The notes: a model not told the origin generated them from the letters alone. Positions 27,055-40,722 are shown, numbered from the stretch's first letter. The stretch: 64,000 nucleotides of DNA from Eledone cirrhosa (GCA_964016885.1 OZ024743.1:73904001-73968000), one strand, 5' to 3'. Made by a program: numbers and translations.

Positions 27055-27350
27055 TTGTCTTAATAGACACCTCAACTGTTGACCTCTCAACATGACTGCA
27101 ACTCAATCAAGCGGAAAAGGACACTCTTCAACAAACCTACATTTGGCGCGAAACCAATTCGCGCTAAAATCAATTTAAACATTCACGTGACTTCTACCAA
27201 CCAACCAAAATTGTTTTGACTACAAGAATTTTTGCAACACGAATTGGCGCGAAATTTATAGTGCTTATTCACGTGACATTCAACAACCAACCAAATCTTT
27301 TCACATAAAACAGGAAGAATTTCCAAAACTGATCAGATTAGAGCAAAAAT
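26257..27350. repeat. Diverged inverted repeat, arms about 26257-26690 and 26943-27350, each containing (GT)n/(AC)n
   Basis: For example ttttgctctaatctgatcagttttggaaattc and its reverse complement near 27320-27348. Confidence 0.85.
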
Positions 27351-27441
27351 TATTTTTGAAAAGCATAAGAAATGCGCAACCGATAAAAAACTAAAACTAA
27401 AACTGAATGCTAACTAATACTTATTATTAATTTATACTTAT

Positions 27442-27633
27442 AGGGCGGTGGATTGGCAGTATCGGTAGAGGGTCGGACGCCATGCTTTCTAGCATAGTTA
27501 CGTCCCTTTACAGTCTGAGTTCAAATCCCGCCGAGGTTAACTTTGCCTTTCATCCTTACGGGGTCGATAAAATAAAGTACCAGTAATGTACTGGATAATT
27601 GCTGGCCTTGTGTCTAAAGTAGAAACAATTATT
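27442..27633 (+). mobile_element. Full-length tRNA-derived SINE (family 1) with target-site duplication
   Basis: A box tggcagtatcggtag, B box gagttcaaatcc, flanking duplication attaatttatactta. Confidence 0.92.
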
Positions 27634-28150
27634 AATTTATACTTACTCCTAATTAAACTATTTTTCACTGGGAAAAATTTCTCAGCATTTTCTTTTCCTT
27701 TTTACTAATATATCACAACTCATGTGTCACACCTCTATTTTTTTAAATATATATATATATAGTAAAAAGATCGGAGGCTATAACTATTTGATTTAGGTTT
27801 ATATATATACAACTACGCCATACAATATGCCACAGTAGTGCAGCCGTTAGAATCGGGATGTCAGAACCCGTATTTCTCCAGATCGGAACACATCCGATAT
27901 ATTTCCGAGAAATAGAGAAAGAACCAGCAAGAGATTATAGAGGGAGAATCAACTTCACTATTGAATTGGTTTATTTATCAACTTCCAATGAAAGATAATG
28001 CTGACCTCTACCGGATTAGAACTCAGTGTGCAAAGAGTCGGAACGAATACTGCAAAGCATTCTTTACAATGCACTAATGACTTATATATACCTATATATG
28101 AGTTTATAGTAAAAAATGAGGAAGAAATTCTCTCCCTCTCAAATCCTGAT

Positions 28151-28201
<51 letters not shown>

Positions 28202-28280
28202 CACATACATACGTAGATACATATATATATATATATACACACACACACACCTACACACACACACACACATACTTACGTAC

Positions 28281-28315
<35 letters not shown>

Positions 28316-28316
28316 A

Positions 28317-28349
<33 letters not shown>

Positions 28350-28355
28350 GATAGT

Positions 28356-28435
<80 letters not shown>

Positions 28436-29010
28436 GAGTGAGGGAGAGAAGTGGGGTTTAAGTATAATGTATATATGTATATAGATGATAATCTTCCAAT
28501 ACAAAACGTGCTACTATGAAGATTATATTTGTATATGTAGTTTAACTTTTGAATTCGTTTTTTGAACAAAGATCTTTGAAAGAACGCAAAAACATTTACT
28601 GCGATCTAATTTAAGTTTTTATCCCTTAGTTTTCATGGATATTCCTCCAGGAGATTTCTTTTTTCAGAAATTCTGATTCCGAGTGAAATATCCGATCTAA
28701 TCTATTCAAAGACTTGAATTTACAAATTTACATTTTTTTTCCTTGTTAAAAGCTGCACTAATTCTCGTTTTAAATATGATAAACAAAGACAGGTATTTTT
28801 GAATTTGAATAAGAAATGTTGAAAAAATAACAGTCGTATCTGTTTATATATCGTTACTGTTAGTTATGGTTAGGATTTGTAGATCAGGATTGCATGGTCG
28901 TGAGATCGATTTTCAGTCTGCTAATATGCAAATCAGGCCGATCAGTCACTGTGTATTTTTGAAAATAGCATATATTTTCACTAGCTCTGACAGTTTGGCA
29001 GGTGAACAGT

Positions 29011-29060
29011 GAGCTGTACTGATGAAGGGTGATCCCCAGAAACATTAGTGTCTGCAGTTC
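29011..29060 (+). ncRNA. Type I hammerhead ribozyme, family C
   Basis: gagctgta-CTGATGA-agggtgatcccca-GAAA-cattagtg-TC-tgcagttc, with an 8-bp stem I. Confidence 0.8.
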
Positions 29061-29313
29061 TGTTTGCATGTCAACATAAGAGCAAGAATGAAGTGTTCAT
29101 TCTACTGACATGGCTATAAAATTGAGGCTTGTTTGCATAATTGCAAACGAATCGAAAAGTACCAGTAATGCACTGAGTAATTGCTGGCCTTGTGCCAAAA
29201 GTATAAACAATTATTAATATTCGAAAAACTCATATTACATTTATTGTATTCAGTCATGTAGAGCGAAATTTTCTTTTGTATATATATATAGGAAAATGTT
29301 TAACCCCGACATA

Positions 29314-29703
29314 TATGTTCAAAACATTTATCCGCTGACAATTGTTTCTTCCAAACCTAGGCTTGGAGTCTTCGGAGAATTTTTAATGATTATACATATA
29401 TAATTTACCTCCTACTCAACGTAAGAGACATACAGATACATATATATATATTGATGTACAGTGTGGAGTTGATGCGAAATATATCATATTATACTATATT
29501 TGTACAGTACTGTACAAATATAGTATAATATGATATATGTCGCATCAACTCCACACTGTACATCAATATATATATATGTATCTGTATGTCTCTTACGTTG
29601 AGTAGGAGGTAAATTATATATGTATAATCATTAAAAATTCTCCGAAGACTCCAAGCCTAGGTTTGGAAGAAACAATTGTCAGCGGATAAATGTTTTGAAC
29701 ATA
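29314..29703. repeat. Near-perfect 390-bp palindrome centred on AGTACT
   Basis: 195-bp arms, no spacer, one visible mismatch. Confidence 0.92.
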
Positions 29704-29861
29704 GCTTTGATTTGTGAATTCAATATTACTGCTCTGCAAAACAACTGATGTTCTTACATTGAGCTATTTATCTTATTGGTAATAAGGTAGTAATAAATTA
29801 CTGACCTTCCCTGTTTATAGTTGTTTATAGTTTAAAATATACATAGCTATAAATAGTATCC

Positions 29862-29912
<51 letters not shown>

Positions 29913-30892
29913 GTATATATAAATATATATTTATATATATATACTGTGTGTATATATATAGATATATACATATATATATATGATTTGGTGCGGGATATGT
30001 CACATGTTCAACTGAGGCAATAATAAAAGGTTTTGGAAATATATGTCCGCTATATCCCAGGCTGGGTCTACAGAGTCCAACCTACTTCATCGACCACAAA
30101 TATATATATTGGATGGCCGTTGACTCTTCTGAATTCCCCCGCCCTTTGGCGGGTTTTGTTTTCCATCCTACAAGGTGTCCGAAAATCACCCTCCTCAACA
30201 AGCAAGCCTGGGGGGAGGTTGGTTTAGTCGACGACGACCCGAACTTGTGACAGCGTGTACCTGGCTACATGTTGCTCGTAGCGATAGAGATCGACATCAC
30301 AGACACCCCATACACACAGACACAGACACAGACACAGACACATATACATTGTTGGATTTAGACCATGGGGGTGGGGCACTTCAGGTTTGGGGTGCCCCTC
30401 ATACAAATCCTGAATTTTACATATCAAAGTCAGCTTGGTGAAAGTAATTGGATTTAAAAAGTTATACATACAGGTATTAAATTAAAAATAATCTCACTAT
30501 CCTAAAAAGCCCAACAGAGGACACAAATATATTTCTACGGTCATCAGTGGTGCCCCCACCCTCACGCCATTGTGGGGGGCCCGGAGCAATTACCTCCTGT
30601 CCAGCCCAGCACATATCTGTGGACTACTCAGCCATTTCCATGTTGTTTCCACGCGAAGGTTGTTCCATCGATCGAACAACTGGAACACTCATCGTATCAA
30701 CCGAAGTAGCTTCATATTCCAATACACGTGTATGAGAGGCGTAGAAAGTCTGTAATCCTGTAACATGACACTAGATTGATTGAAAGATTAAAGTCAATAG
30801 ATGAGAACCTCAACACTTTAATACACTAAAGTTTTATTATAGAAATGTATTGTTGCTGAAATAATTTTTGGAAACACACACATGTACTTACA

Positions 30893-30946
<54 letters not shown>

Positions 30947-30956
30947 AACCAGTAAG

Positions 30957-31050
30957 ACCCCGACAGCTGAGCTCAAGCCGTTTCGACGGCTAATTCTGGA
31001 CTAAATGAAAATTTATCCTGGTATTTAAATAGCCGATCTTCTCAAGGGGT
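30957..31050 (-). ncRNA. Type I hammerhead ribozyme, family A (core TTGAGAA)
   Basis: Mirror of 32950-33043. Confidence 0.72.
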
Positions 31051-32949
31051 AATTCCATATATGGTCAAAGTGATTGTCAAAAATCAGTAGTAATTCTGTG
31101 GTTGCAAATTAGTAGGGGAGATGGTGGCTAAACCTGCCAGTAGGAGAAAGAGGCGAGGGGGTGGAGTAGACCCAATCAAGCGTTGGTAGTGCCAGCTACA
31201 GCTGGACATGAGGTCAAAGAAGATACAGGGGAGGGGGAGGGGGAGGAAGTCGGAACGGTAGGTAGAACAATGGGGGGTAGAAATAGGAAAGAAAAAAAAA
31301 AAAAAAAAAAAATACTGAGAGTGAAGAAAGGCAAATAAGTGTAAAGAAAAGTAAAGTAAATTAAATTCTACGACCTAGGTGTCAGGCTATTGTTAGGCGA
31401 GAATAAAATAAAGAAAGAAAGAAAGAAGTAAAAAAATAAATAAATGAATAAATAAGGAAATAAGTAAGAGAACTAGGTGGGACGGATAAGGCAAGGACCC
31501 TTTTAAGAGGTATAAGTACGTAAATGATACGGTGACGGGTCAACAAAAGGGGCCAAAATACTAAAGAGACTACCACGAAATAAACAATAAAGGTTTCCAT
31601 CCCGGGCCAGCAACGACCCAGTGCAGCAAAGTGAACTTGTACGAGATAATAATTCTGAGTCCCGAGAAAAATATATACTAATGCTAACTCTAAAAGATCT
31701 AAAACAAGCTACATGAAAGTTCGTACGAAATAAAGGTAGAATACGGAGAAATAAATTCAGAATCCACCCCGCCCAGAAGAAGAGCGAAGCAAGAAATACT
31801 GAAACGAAAAAATAAGGCATGTGCCACTAAGAAATACAGAGGGCACAGAGAATAGTGGGAGCGGTCGGAAAAAAGGGGGAAAGTATCCGGGGTCTAAGCC
31901 AGCTGCTATAAAGGGCGGAGTCCGCCAAATCTATCAAAGACTAGGGGAGGGGGGGTGGGGGTACTAAGGCTACATGGGGCCAAAGGGCAGCCTCGGGTGG
32001 GCGAGAAAAGACGCCGACAAAGGAGAAGAGCTGGGGTAGAAGGACAAAGGGGAGAGGGGGGAAGGAAATAAAGGAAGCGATAAAAGAATACAAAGAAGAT
32101 CTTACGTCTTCCTTGGCAAGCAGGGGTTACCTATTGCAAAATCGGCAACTGGGGTGTTATAGCCTTAGTCTACCCCCCCGGGTCATTATGGGGTTTGAGG
32201 GCGAGGTAAGTCCTACGCAATCTATGTTTACATGCAGTAACCAGTTCATCTTTCTTGTTTAGGAGTTGGTCCGTCGTACGAACTTTCATGTAGCTTGTTT
32301 TAGATCTTTTAGAGTTAGCATTAGTATATATTTTTCTCGGGACTCAGAATTATTATCTCGTACAAGTTCACTTTGCTGCACTGGGTCGTTGCTGGCCCGG
32401 GATGGAAACCTTTATTGTTTATTTCGTGGTAGTCTCTTTAGTATTTTGGCCCCTTTTGTTGACCCGTCACCGTATCATTTACGTACTTATACCTCTTAAA
32501 AGGGTCCTTGCCTTATCCGTCCCACCTAGTTCTCTTACTTATTTCCTTATTTATTCATTTATTTATTTTTTTACTTCTTTCTTTCTTTCTTTATTTTATT
32601 CTCGCCTAACAATAGCCTGACACCTAGGTCGTAGAATTTAATTTACTTTACTTTTCTTTACACTTATTTGCCTTTCTTCACTCTCAGTATTTTTTTTTTT
32701 TTTTTTTTCTTTCCTATTTCTACCCCCCATTGTTCTACCTACCGTTCCGACTTCCTCCCCCTCCCCCTCCCCTGTATCTTCTTTGACCTCATGCCCAGCT
32801 GTAGCTGGCACTACCAACGCTTGATTGGGTCTACTCCACCCCTTCCCCTCTTTCTCCTACTGGCAGGTTTAGCCACCATCTCCCCTACTAATTTGCAACC
32901 ACAGAATTACTACTGATTTTTGACAATCACTTTGACCATATATGGAATT

Positions 32950-33043
32950 ACCCCTTGAGAAGATCGGCTATTTAAATACCAGGATAAATTTTCATTTAGT
33001 CCAGAATTAGCCGTCGAAACGGCTTGAGCTCAGCTGTCGGGGT
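32950..33043 (+). ncRNA. Type I hammerhead ribozyme, family A (U3-A8 core variant)
   Basis: acccc-TTGAGAA-ga(t)cggcta...tagccgtc-GAAA-cggc(ttgagctca)gctg-TC-ggggt. Confidence 0.75.
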
Positions 33044-33134
33044 CTTACTGGTTCCTATTACCCACTCTACTACCTCAAGTATTGAGTACTTTGGTGCGTT
33101 ATGGTCCACCTGGTTCCTTACCACATTTCCTTCG

Positions 33135-33173
<39 letters not shown>

Positions 33174-33369
33174 TAATTTAAATTAGTATTTATTTTCAAC
33201 CTAGCTAACTTGGTCATTTGCAATTGGAACACATGTATACTTGTATCGGTGTTCATCCCTCTCATATATTCAATTATATTACACGGCTCGGAAAGATTCC
33301 CTTCTTTGAGCTATTTAATTGTAAAAGACTATTTTGAGTTTCTAACTCAATGTATGATATATATATATA

Positions 33370-33478
<109 letters not shown>

Positions 33479-33490
33479 TTAATATAGAAG

Positions 33491-33541
33491 AGCTTCTACA
33501 GGACTAGAACTGTTTCATTCGTGAGAAATCATCAGGAAGCT
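33491..33541 (-). ncRNA. Type I hammerhead ribozyme, family D
   Basis: Mirror of 34566-34616. Confidence 0.8.
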
Positions 33542-33965
33542 GACTGTCCAAGTAAATATGGTGGTATTTATATCTTCTCTGGTGGTAGGAGAGGGTGGGG
33601 AGTGGGATGGTTGGAGGTCATCGTTTGAAGTAAAAGGGAATTCTTTAAAAGCTAATTCTTTAAAGCTATAATTTATATTTAGAGTGACAAAGGCAGAAAT
33701 AATTCTATAAACAAGTTCAAATTGGAGCGCCACTCCTTATTTTTAAGTTTCTCTTAAGCTAACAATGCCTATATTTCAGGTGTCTACAAGATGGGTGGGG
33801 GTCATAGTTGATGGATTTAAAGAAAGGGGAATTCTTTAAAAGCTAATTCTTTAAAGCTTTACTTAGAGGGACAAAGGCAGAAAGAATTCTATAAACAGGT
33901 TTAAATTTGGGGTGCCTCTACTTATTGTCAAGTTTTTCTTAAGCTATATTTCAGGTGTCTACAAG

Positions 33966-34079
<114 letters not shown>

Positions 34080-34565
34080 CACACAGATAAATATATATAT
34101 ATATACAGACGCACAAATATATATATATATATATAGACACTCACATGTGTGAATGTGCTTGTAGACACCTGAAATATAGCTTAAGAAAAACTTGACAATA
34201 AGGAAAGGTACCTCAAATTTGAACTTGTTTATAGAATTCTTTCTGCCTTTGTCACTCTAAGTAAAGCTTTAAAGAATTCCCCTTTCTTTAAATCCATCAA
34301 CCATGACCTCCATCCATCTTGTAGACACCTGAAATATAGGCGTTGTTAGCTTAAGAGAACTTAAAAATAAGCAGTGGCGCTCCAATTTGAACTTGTTTAT
34401 AGAATTCTTTCTGCCTTTGTCACTCTAAATATAAATTATAGCTTTAAAGAATTAGCTTTTAAAGAATTCCCTTTTCTTTCAACCAATGACCTCCACCCAT
34501 CCCACTGCCCACCCTCTCCTACCACCAGAGAAGATGTAAATACCACCATATTTACTTGGACAGTC

Positions 34566-34616
34566 AGCTTCCTGATGATTTCTCATGAATGAAACAGTTC
34601 TAGTCCTGTAGAAGCT
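34566..34616 (+). ncRNA. Type I hammerhead ribozyme, family D
   Basis: agcttc-CTGATGA-tttctcatgaat-GAAA-cag(ttctagtc)ctg-TA-gaagct. Confidence 0.82.
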
Positions 34617-34726
34617 CTTCTATATTAAAACTTGTATACTCTGTTATGTATTGAGTACCTTACTTACTGTAGTTATCTCCGATTCAACCCGGAATAACTT
34701 TTATATATATATATATATATATATAT

Positions 34727-34990
34727 AAAGGATGGATTCAGTTAGAAACAAGTTATACCATTACTCATCAGAATACTCGATATTTGGAGTAGCAGAGTAT
34801 GCTTATATGAAAGAGTCAGGACCCCGATGGTTGAGCTCTCGCCGTTGCCGGTGTTATTTCCAGACTGAATACCAAAGGCATTGACAGTTAACTGGCTGCC
34901 TCACTTACCCAGTTAACTGCCAACGACTTTGGCACTCAGTCTAGAACCAGAAGTTGAAACGGTAAGAGATCAGCCGTCAGGGTCCAGACT

Positions 34991-34993
<3 letters not shown>
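34727..34993. mobile_element. Small diverged fold-back of a family A-related 3' end between (TA)n tracts
   Basis: aagagtcaggaccccgatggttgagctctcgccg mirrors gaaacggtaagagatcagccgtcagggtccagactctt. Confidence 0.65.
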
Positions 34994-35029
<36 letters not shown>

Positions 35030-35037
<8 letters not shown>

Positions 35038-35256
35038 AAACTTTTTTCGTTCTACATGGCTGAATACAATAAATGTAATTAGAGTTTTTCGAATATCAAT
35101 AATACATTCGATTCGTTTGCAGATATGCAATCAAGCTTCAATTGTATAACCATGTCAGTAGAATGAAGGGTTCATTCTACTGACATGGCTATACAATTGA
35201 GGCTTGTTTGCATAATTGCAAATGAATCGAATGTTATTATTAATATTTGAAAAACT
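35030..35256. repeat. Small fold-back of the family C 3' end (centre near 35168) between (TA)n tracts
   Basis: ccatgtcagtagaatgaa-ggg-ttcattctactgacatgg; the same sequence follows the HHR at 29095-29280. Confidence 0.8.
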
Positions 35257-35261
35257 CAGAT

Positions 35262-35310
<49 letters not shown>

Positions 35311-35314
<4 letters not shown>

Positions 35315-36528
35315 ATACAATAACAGAGATAGTTTAAAGCTAAACTCTGACTGGTAACCATCTCACTCAACAAACATTAGGTTATATTTAAATATAAACC
35401 CAATTTAAGTGTTTGGGGTGCTAACAATATGTATAATGTGGAAAAACCAGTTGTATTATTTTATGAGATATAATTAAAGTTAAAGTATATCTCTCTTTCC
35501 AAACAATTGTTTCATTATAAGTTTTCTACAAGTTGGGAGAATATTTCCAGTTTATGCAGAAGCCTAATATATATTCATGTAAGAATATATTTAGGTGGGC
35601 GTTTATAAATCATCAGTGGAATCCCATTAAACTTTGATATAAGAAAGAAATTCTTACCGCAGTCAAAAATCGTGTCTGTTAAGTTGCTCCTTCTCGGATC
35701 GAATGACCGCCAAATTTGAAATTCCAGCAGTTTTTGACTGAGGAAGTATCATAGCGACACGAAGCGGGAAGGGGAGACAACTACGATCCACGAAAGGAGG
35801 AAAAAAATAATATACACGCGGGTTAATTAGTTTTTTCGAAAACATTATCAATCCAACGTGTTAAGAACTCAATTGAAAATAAAAAAATAAATATATGCGT
35901 GTATAAATTACACACGCATATAGATATTTTCTTAGGCTAAAATCAGAAGTTGTACCCGAATAAGAACCGCATCTCATAACCGCAGTAAATACAGAAAGTT
36001 ATGCTTTAAAGGGCAAATGGGAATGTAAATCTCCGGCCGAATTAAGAGTAAAATATAAAACACACGCGGGTTAATTAGCTATTTCAAAACTAATATCAAT
36101 TCCTCGTGTAAAGAACTCAATTAATTAAAGAGAATAAATGTATGCATGTAATTATATACATAGGCATACATATATTATCTTAGGCTAAAAAACAGAGAAG
36201 TTACAACCAAAAAAACCCACAACATTTCACAACAGTATTAAATACGGAAAGTCAAATTCATAAGGTACCTGGAAATAAACACCTCTGGCCAATCAAGAGT
36301 AAATATTTAATACAATAACAGAGATAGTTTAAAGCTAAACTCTGACTGGTAACCATCTCACTCAACAAACATTAGGTTATATTTAAATATAAACCCAATT
36401 TAAGTGTTTAGGGTGCTAACAATATGTATAATGTGGAAAAACCAGTTGTATTATTTTATGAGATATAATTAAAGTTAAAGTATATCTCTCTTTCCAAACA
36501 ATTGTTTCATTATAAGTTTTCTACAAGT
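35311..36528 (-). mobile_element. Non-coding element with 223-bp direct repeats (35311-35533 and 36306-36528; period 995 bp)
   Basis: Near-identical repeats. The first abuts (TA)n. Both carry an HHR 3' half (GAAA-caattg-TT) on the minus strand. Confidence 0.65.
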
Positions 36529-36579
36529 ATATATACAATGATATTAAATAAATGGAAACTATATTTATAAAACCATATT

Positions 36580-36642
36580 TATTTTATTATATATATTTCA
36601 AGGGCACCAAAATACTTTGGTACGCTTTCTTCAGATAAAATA
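36580..36642 (-). ncRNA. Type I hammerhead ribozyme, family B
   Basis: Mirror of 38229-38291. Confidence 0.8.
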
Positions 36643-38228
36643 CAAAGTTTGTTTTATAAATACCCAGGAAAATCATACCTTATCAGTAGACTATTCCCTG
36701 GATAGTGGAAATGTATAATGGATTTTTCAAACTTATGGGTGAATGTGCAAATGAATATGTAACTAATTGAAAAACAACCGTTAATTTAAACGACTATGGA
36801 GAGTTTAGATATATAATATATAATAGTAAGAGAGAGTAGAAGGAAAAAATAGTAATAGAGAGAAGAGAAGAAGGAAAAATAGTATGAGAGAGAAGAAGGA
36901 AAAAGGCAAAGATAAATGAAAAGCTCATATAACGTTAATTTGAGGGAAATATATTCGAACAGTTATCTATGTATACATGTAAGTATATATTTTAATAGTA
37001 TGTATATTTATATTAAAAGGATAATTTACTATTATTAGTTGTTTATAATTTGTTTATAATATGAGTTGCGAGGGATGTTTTTGTTCTGTTTTAAGTAGAT
37101 AAATAAATAAATAAATAAATGGGTATATTATGTAAATAAATATGTATTTAAAATTTATATGAGTGAAAAGGAAAGATAAGGAAAGATAAACTCCGATTTT
37201 ATTTATTCGTTAGTGTGAGACTATTTAGTCAAAATAAGTATGGATGCTTAAGATACATTTAGCCAAGAATCAATTAGTGGTTATTATCTACATTTAAATA
37301 ATAGCTTTAGAGGGTGTCATTGGACTTAATAAAGACTTAAGAATTAAGAAATTAAGAAAACTAAAAAATTTTAAAAAAACATTTTTTTTTAAATTAAAAA
37401 TTAAAATAAAAAATAAAAAATTATAAAAAAAATTATAAAAAAATTAAGAATGTTTAAATTTAAAAAGAATTATATACGTATATATTATAAGAACATTTTT
37501 AAAAAGTGGAAGTACAGCAAATGTTAGAGATATTATGATTTAGAGATATATTAAAAATAAAGTAGATGAGATTGTTATGGAGATTAATAGGAATAAGTAT
37601 AATTAATAGGAATAAGTATAGTTATAAGTTATATATAGTTCTGAATGTTGAATTCTGGCGATGTCTACAAGAATTAAATAAATTCGTTCTGGAATTAATA
37701 GAGTTTTTCTCAATTTTAAATGCATATTTATTTACATAATATACCCATTTATTTATTTATTTATTTATCTACTTAAAACAGAACAAAAACATCCCTCGTA
37801 ACTCAAATTATAAACAACTAATAATTGTAAATTATCCTTTTAATATAAAAACACATACTATTAAAATATATACTTACATATATACATAGATAACTGTTCG
37901 AATATATTTCCCTCATATTGACGTTATATGAGCTTTTCATTTATCTTGGCTTTTTTCCTTCCTCTCTCTCTCTCTTACTATTTTTTCCTTCTTCTCTTCT
38001 CTCACTTACTATTTTTTCCTTCTACTCTCTCTCTTACTATTATATATTATATATCTAAACTCTCCATAGTCGTTTAAGTTAACGGTTGTTTTTCTATTAT
38101 TTACATATTCATTTGCATATTCACCCATAAGTTTGAAAAATCCATTATACATTTCCACTATCCAGGGAATAGTCAACTGATAAAGTATGATTTTCCTGGG
38201 TATGACTGTATTTATAAAACAAACTTTG

Positions 38229-38291
38229 TATTTTATCTGAAGAAAGCGTACCAAAATGTTTTGGTGACCTTGAAATATATATAATAAAATA
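38229..38291 (+). ncRNA. Type I hammerhead ribozyme, family B
   Basis: tattttat-CTGAAGA-aagcgtaccaaaatgttttggtgacctt-GAAA-tatata-TA-ataaaata. Confidence 0.82.
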
Positions 38292-38354
38292 AATATGGTT
38301 TTATAAATATAGTTTCCATTTGTCAGATTTCCAACAAATTAAATATCCCTTCTA

Positions 38355-38409
<55 letters not shown>

Positions 38410-38486
38410 ATATGTATATATATATATGTATGTATATATGTATATATATATATGTATGTATATATGTATATATATATATGTATGTA

Positions 38487-38578
<92 letters not shown>

Positions 38579-38608
38579 TTTGTATATATGTATATGTATA
38601 TATATATG

Positions 38609-38642
<34 letters not shown>

Positions 38643-38644
38643 TA

Positions 38645-40722
38645 ATACCTCGATAATGATCTGTACTACCCATACAGGAAACCAAACGACAACCTGCATT
38701 ACATCCACCGCCGGTCGAACCATCCTAGAAACATCACCAATAACCTGGTTGAAAAAATCTCCCTCCGTATATCTCGTTTGTCCGCTAATGAGCAGATATT
38801 CGACGAACATGCGCCTTATTACAACCAGGCCCTCAAGCGGAGTGGCTTCCGGGGGGAAATATCCTATTATCCGGCTTCCATTAGCGGAACCAGCAGGCGA
38901 CACCGCTGCTCACGTAACGTGGTTCAATCCTCCCCACAATGCCGAGGTGACAACATCTATCGGGAAAATCTTCTTTAGGCTCATCGAAAAACACTTCCCA
39001 CTACAACACCGCTACCACAACATAATCAACAAAAACACCATCAAACTCTCCTACACCACCACACCTAACTTCGCACAAAACATCGTCTCCTCTAACAACA
39101 AAAAACTCAACCCCTATGGAAGAAATAACCTAGACAGCAGTGGAGGGCCGACCTGGAGGTGTAACTGTCTTGATAGATCCCTTTGCCCCTTCAAAAACAG
39201 ATGCCGAGATCTAATGTGATCTACCAGTTCAATGTGAGGACGGACACCTCCAACAAAACTTATATAGGTTTAACCGGTTGTGACTTCAGTACCCGGCGCT
39301 ACCTACACAGACATACTTTCCGAAACCCGACCCGGCGTCATGCCACTACACTTTCGGGCCACATCTGGGACCTCAAAGATAATAATATAACCTACAATCT
39401 CACTTGGAGATTACTGTCCAGAGCTAACTCTCTACACGGGAGGACGCCGTCCGTGTAACTTATGCTCGGAGGAAACATTACAAATGGTGTTTGCGAAGGA
39501 CCAATTCCTAAACAAGAAAGACGAACTGGTAACAGCATGCAAACACAGAGTGCATAGGACTTACCTCGCCCTCAAACCCCATAATGACCCGGGGGGGGTT
39601 TAGTCAAGGGCTGAAACACCCCACTTGTCCATTTTGTAAGGGGTAACCCCTGCTTACAAAGGTAGACGTAACTTTTTTTATCTTTTCCTCTATATTTCCT
39701 TCTTTCCTCCCCCCCCTATCTCTTCCTAGTCCTTCCACCCCAGATCTCCTTCCTTGTCTTTTTTTTAACCTTTTCGCCCACCCCGATGCAGCCCATCGGT
39801 CCTCTGTAGCCTCAGTACCCCCACCCCCTAATTTTAAGATAGAATTGGCCGATTACGCTTTTTATAGCAGATGTGTTAGACCCCGGTAAATTGTTTTCTT
39901 TCTGGTTGCTGGTCCATTTCCGTGATTTCTAAATTTCTTAGTGGTATTTTTGTATTAGTTGTCTTGTATTAGTATTTATGTATTAGTATTCTGAATTAAT
40001 ATTTCGTATTAGTATTTTTGTAGTAGTATTTTCGTATGCTTGTTCTCAACTTATTAACCTGTCATTGTAAGATAGCATTGGCTGATTACTACTAACTATA
40101 GCAGTGGTGTTAGACCCCCTGTAAAGCCGGCTTTATAAAATTCTTTCACTACAATTTCGTATTAAGTATTTTTCTCCAGCTTAGCAATACCAATGAGAGA
40201 TTTGGTGATTGTGGGGATGGAGTAGTAACCAGAAATTGTTTTTTATATATTTATTTCCTCATTTTTATAATGGCTTTTTTGTTTACTCCCTTTTGATTTA
40301 CCTATTCTTTCAACCCCCCCCCCCTTCTCCAGTACACTTCTTTCGACCTTCTACACACTATCCTTAGAATCTGCTGTATAGATTTCACTTTCAACGCTTG
40401 ACTGGGTTTCCCCCACTCCCTCTTTGTTCTACCGGCAAGTTCAGCTACCCCTACCTCACACTAAATGCCATGATAGAATCATATGTCTTTACAACAAATT
40501 TTTGACCAATCCTTTTGACAATTACTAGGGAATTACCTCCTGAGAAGTTCGGGTATTTATTTACCAGGCTAAACATTCTTATTTAGTCCAGAATTAGCCG
40601 TCGAAACGGCTCGAGCTCTGCCGTCGGGGTCATATTTATTCGTATTACCCACTCTACTACATTAAGTATTGAGTACTTGGTGCGTTATGGTCCATCTGGT
40701 TCCTTACCACATTTCCTTCGTT
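38645..40722 (+). mobile_element. 5'-truncated Naiad-type PLE (family A): RT C-terminus, GIY-YIG, 3' UTR, HHR and tail, flanked by (TA)n
   Basis: [56 protein letters not shown], with frameshifts. Confidence 0.9.
40535..40630 (+). ncRNA. Type I hammerhead-like ribozyme, family A (core CTGAGAA)
   Basis: acctc-CTGAGAA...tagccgtc-GAAA-cggc..gccg-TC-ggggt. Confidence 0.62.

Larger units (their letters stand above)
30943..33137. mobile_element. Fold-back Naiad family A insertion in (TA)n (minus arm 30943-32273, plus arm 32274-33137)
   Basis: 30943-31728 is mirrored by 32274-33057. The minus arm ends in the ORF tail DQLLNKKDELVTACKHR, matching about 39500-39600. Confidence 0.92.
36530..38356. mobile_element. 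Fold-back Naiad family B insertion (arms about 36548-37150 and 37714-38320)
   Basis: Diverged mirror arms. The spacer carries the ORF end INSRTNLFNSCRHRQNS on the minus strand. Each arm has an HHR. Confidence 0.85.

Noticed and set aside
27442-27540. tRNA genes
   Set aside because: A and B boxes are present, but there is no complete cloverleaf and each continues into a SINE body.
34760-34775. CTGATGAG on the minus strand as a hammerhead core
   Set aside because: It lies in the tail region with no properly placed GAAA or stems.
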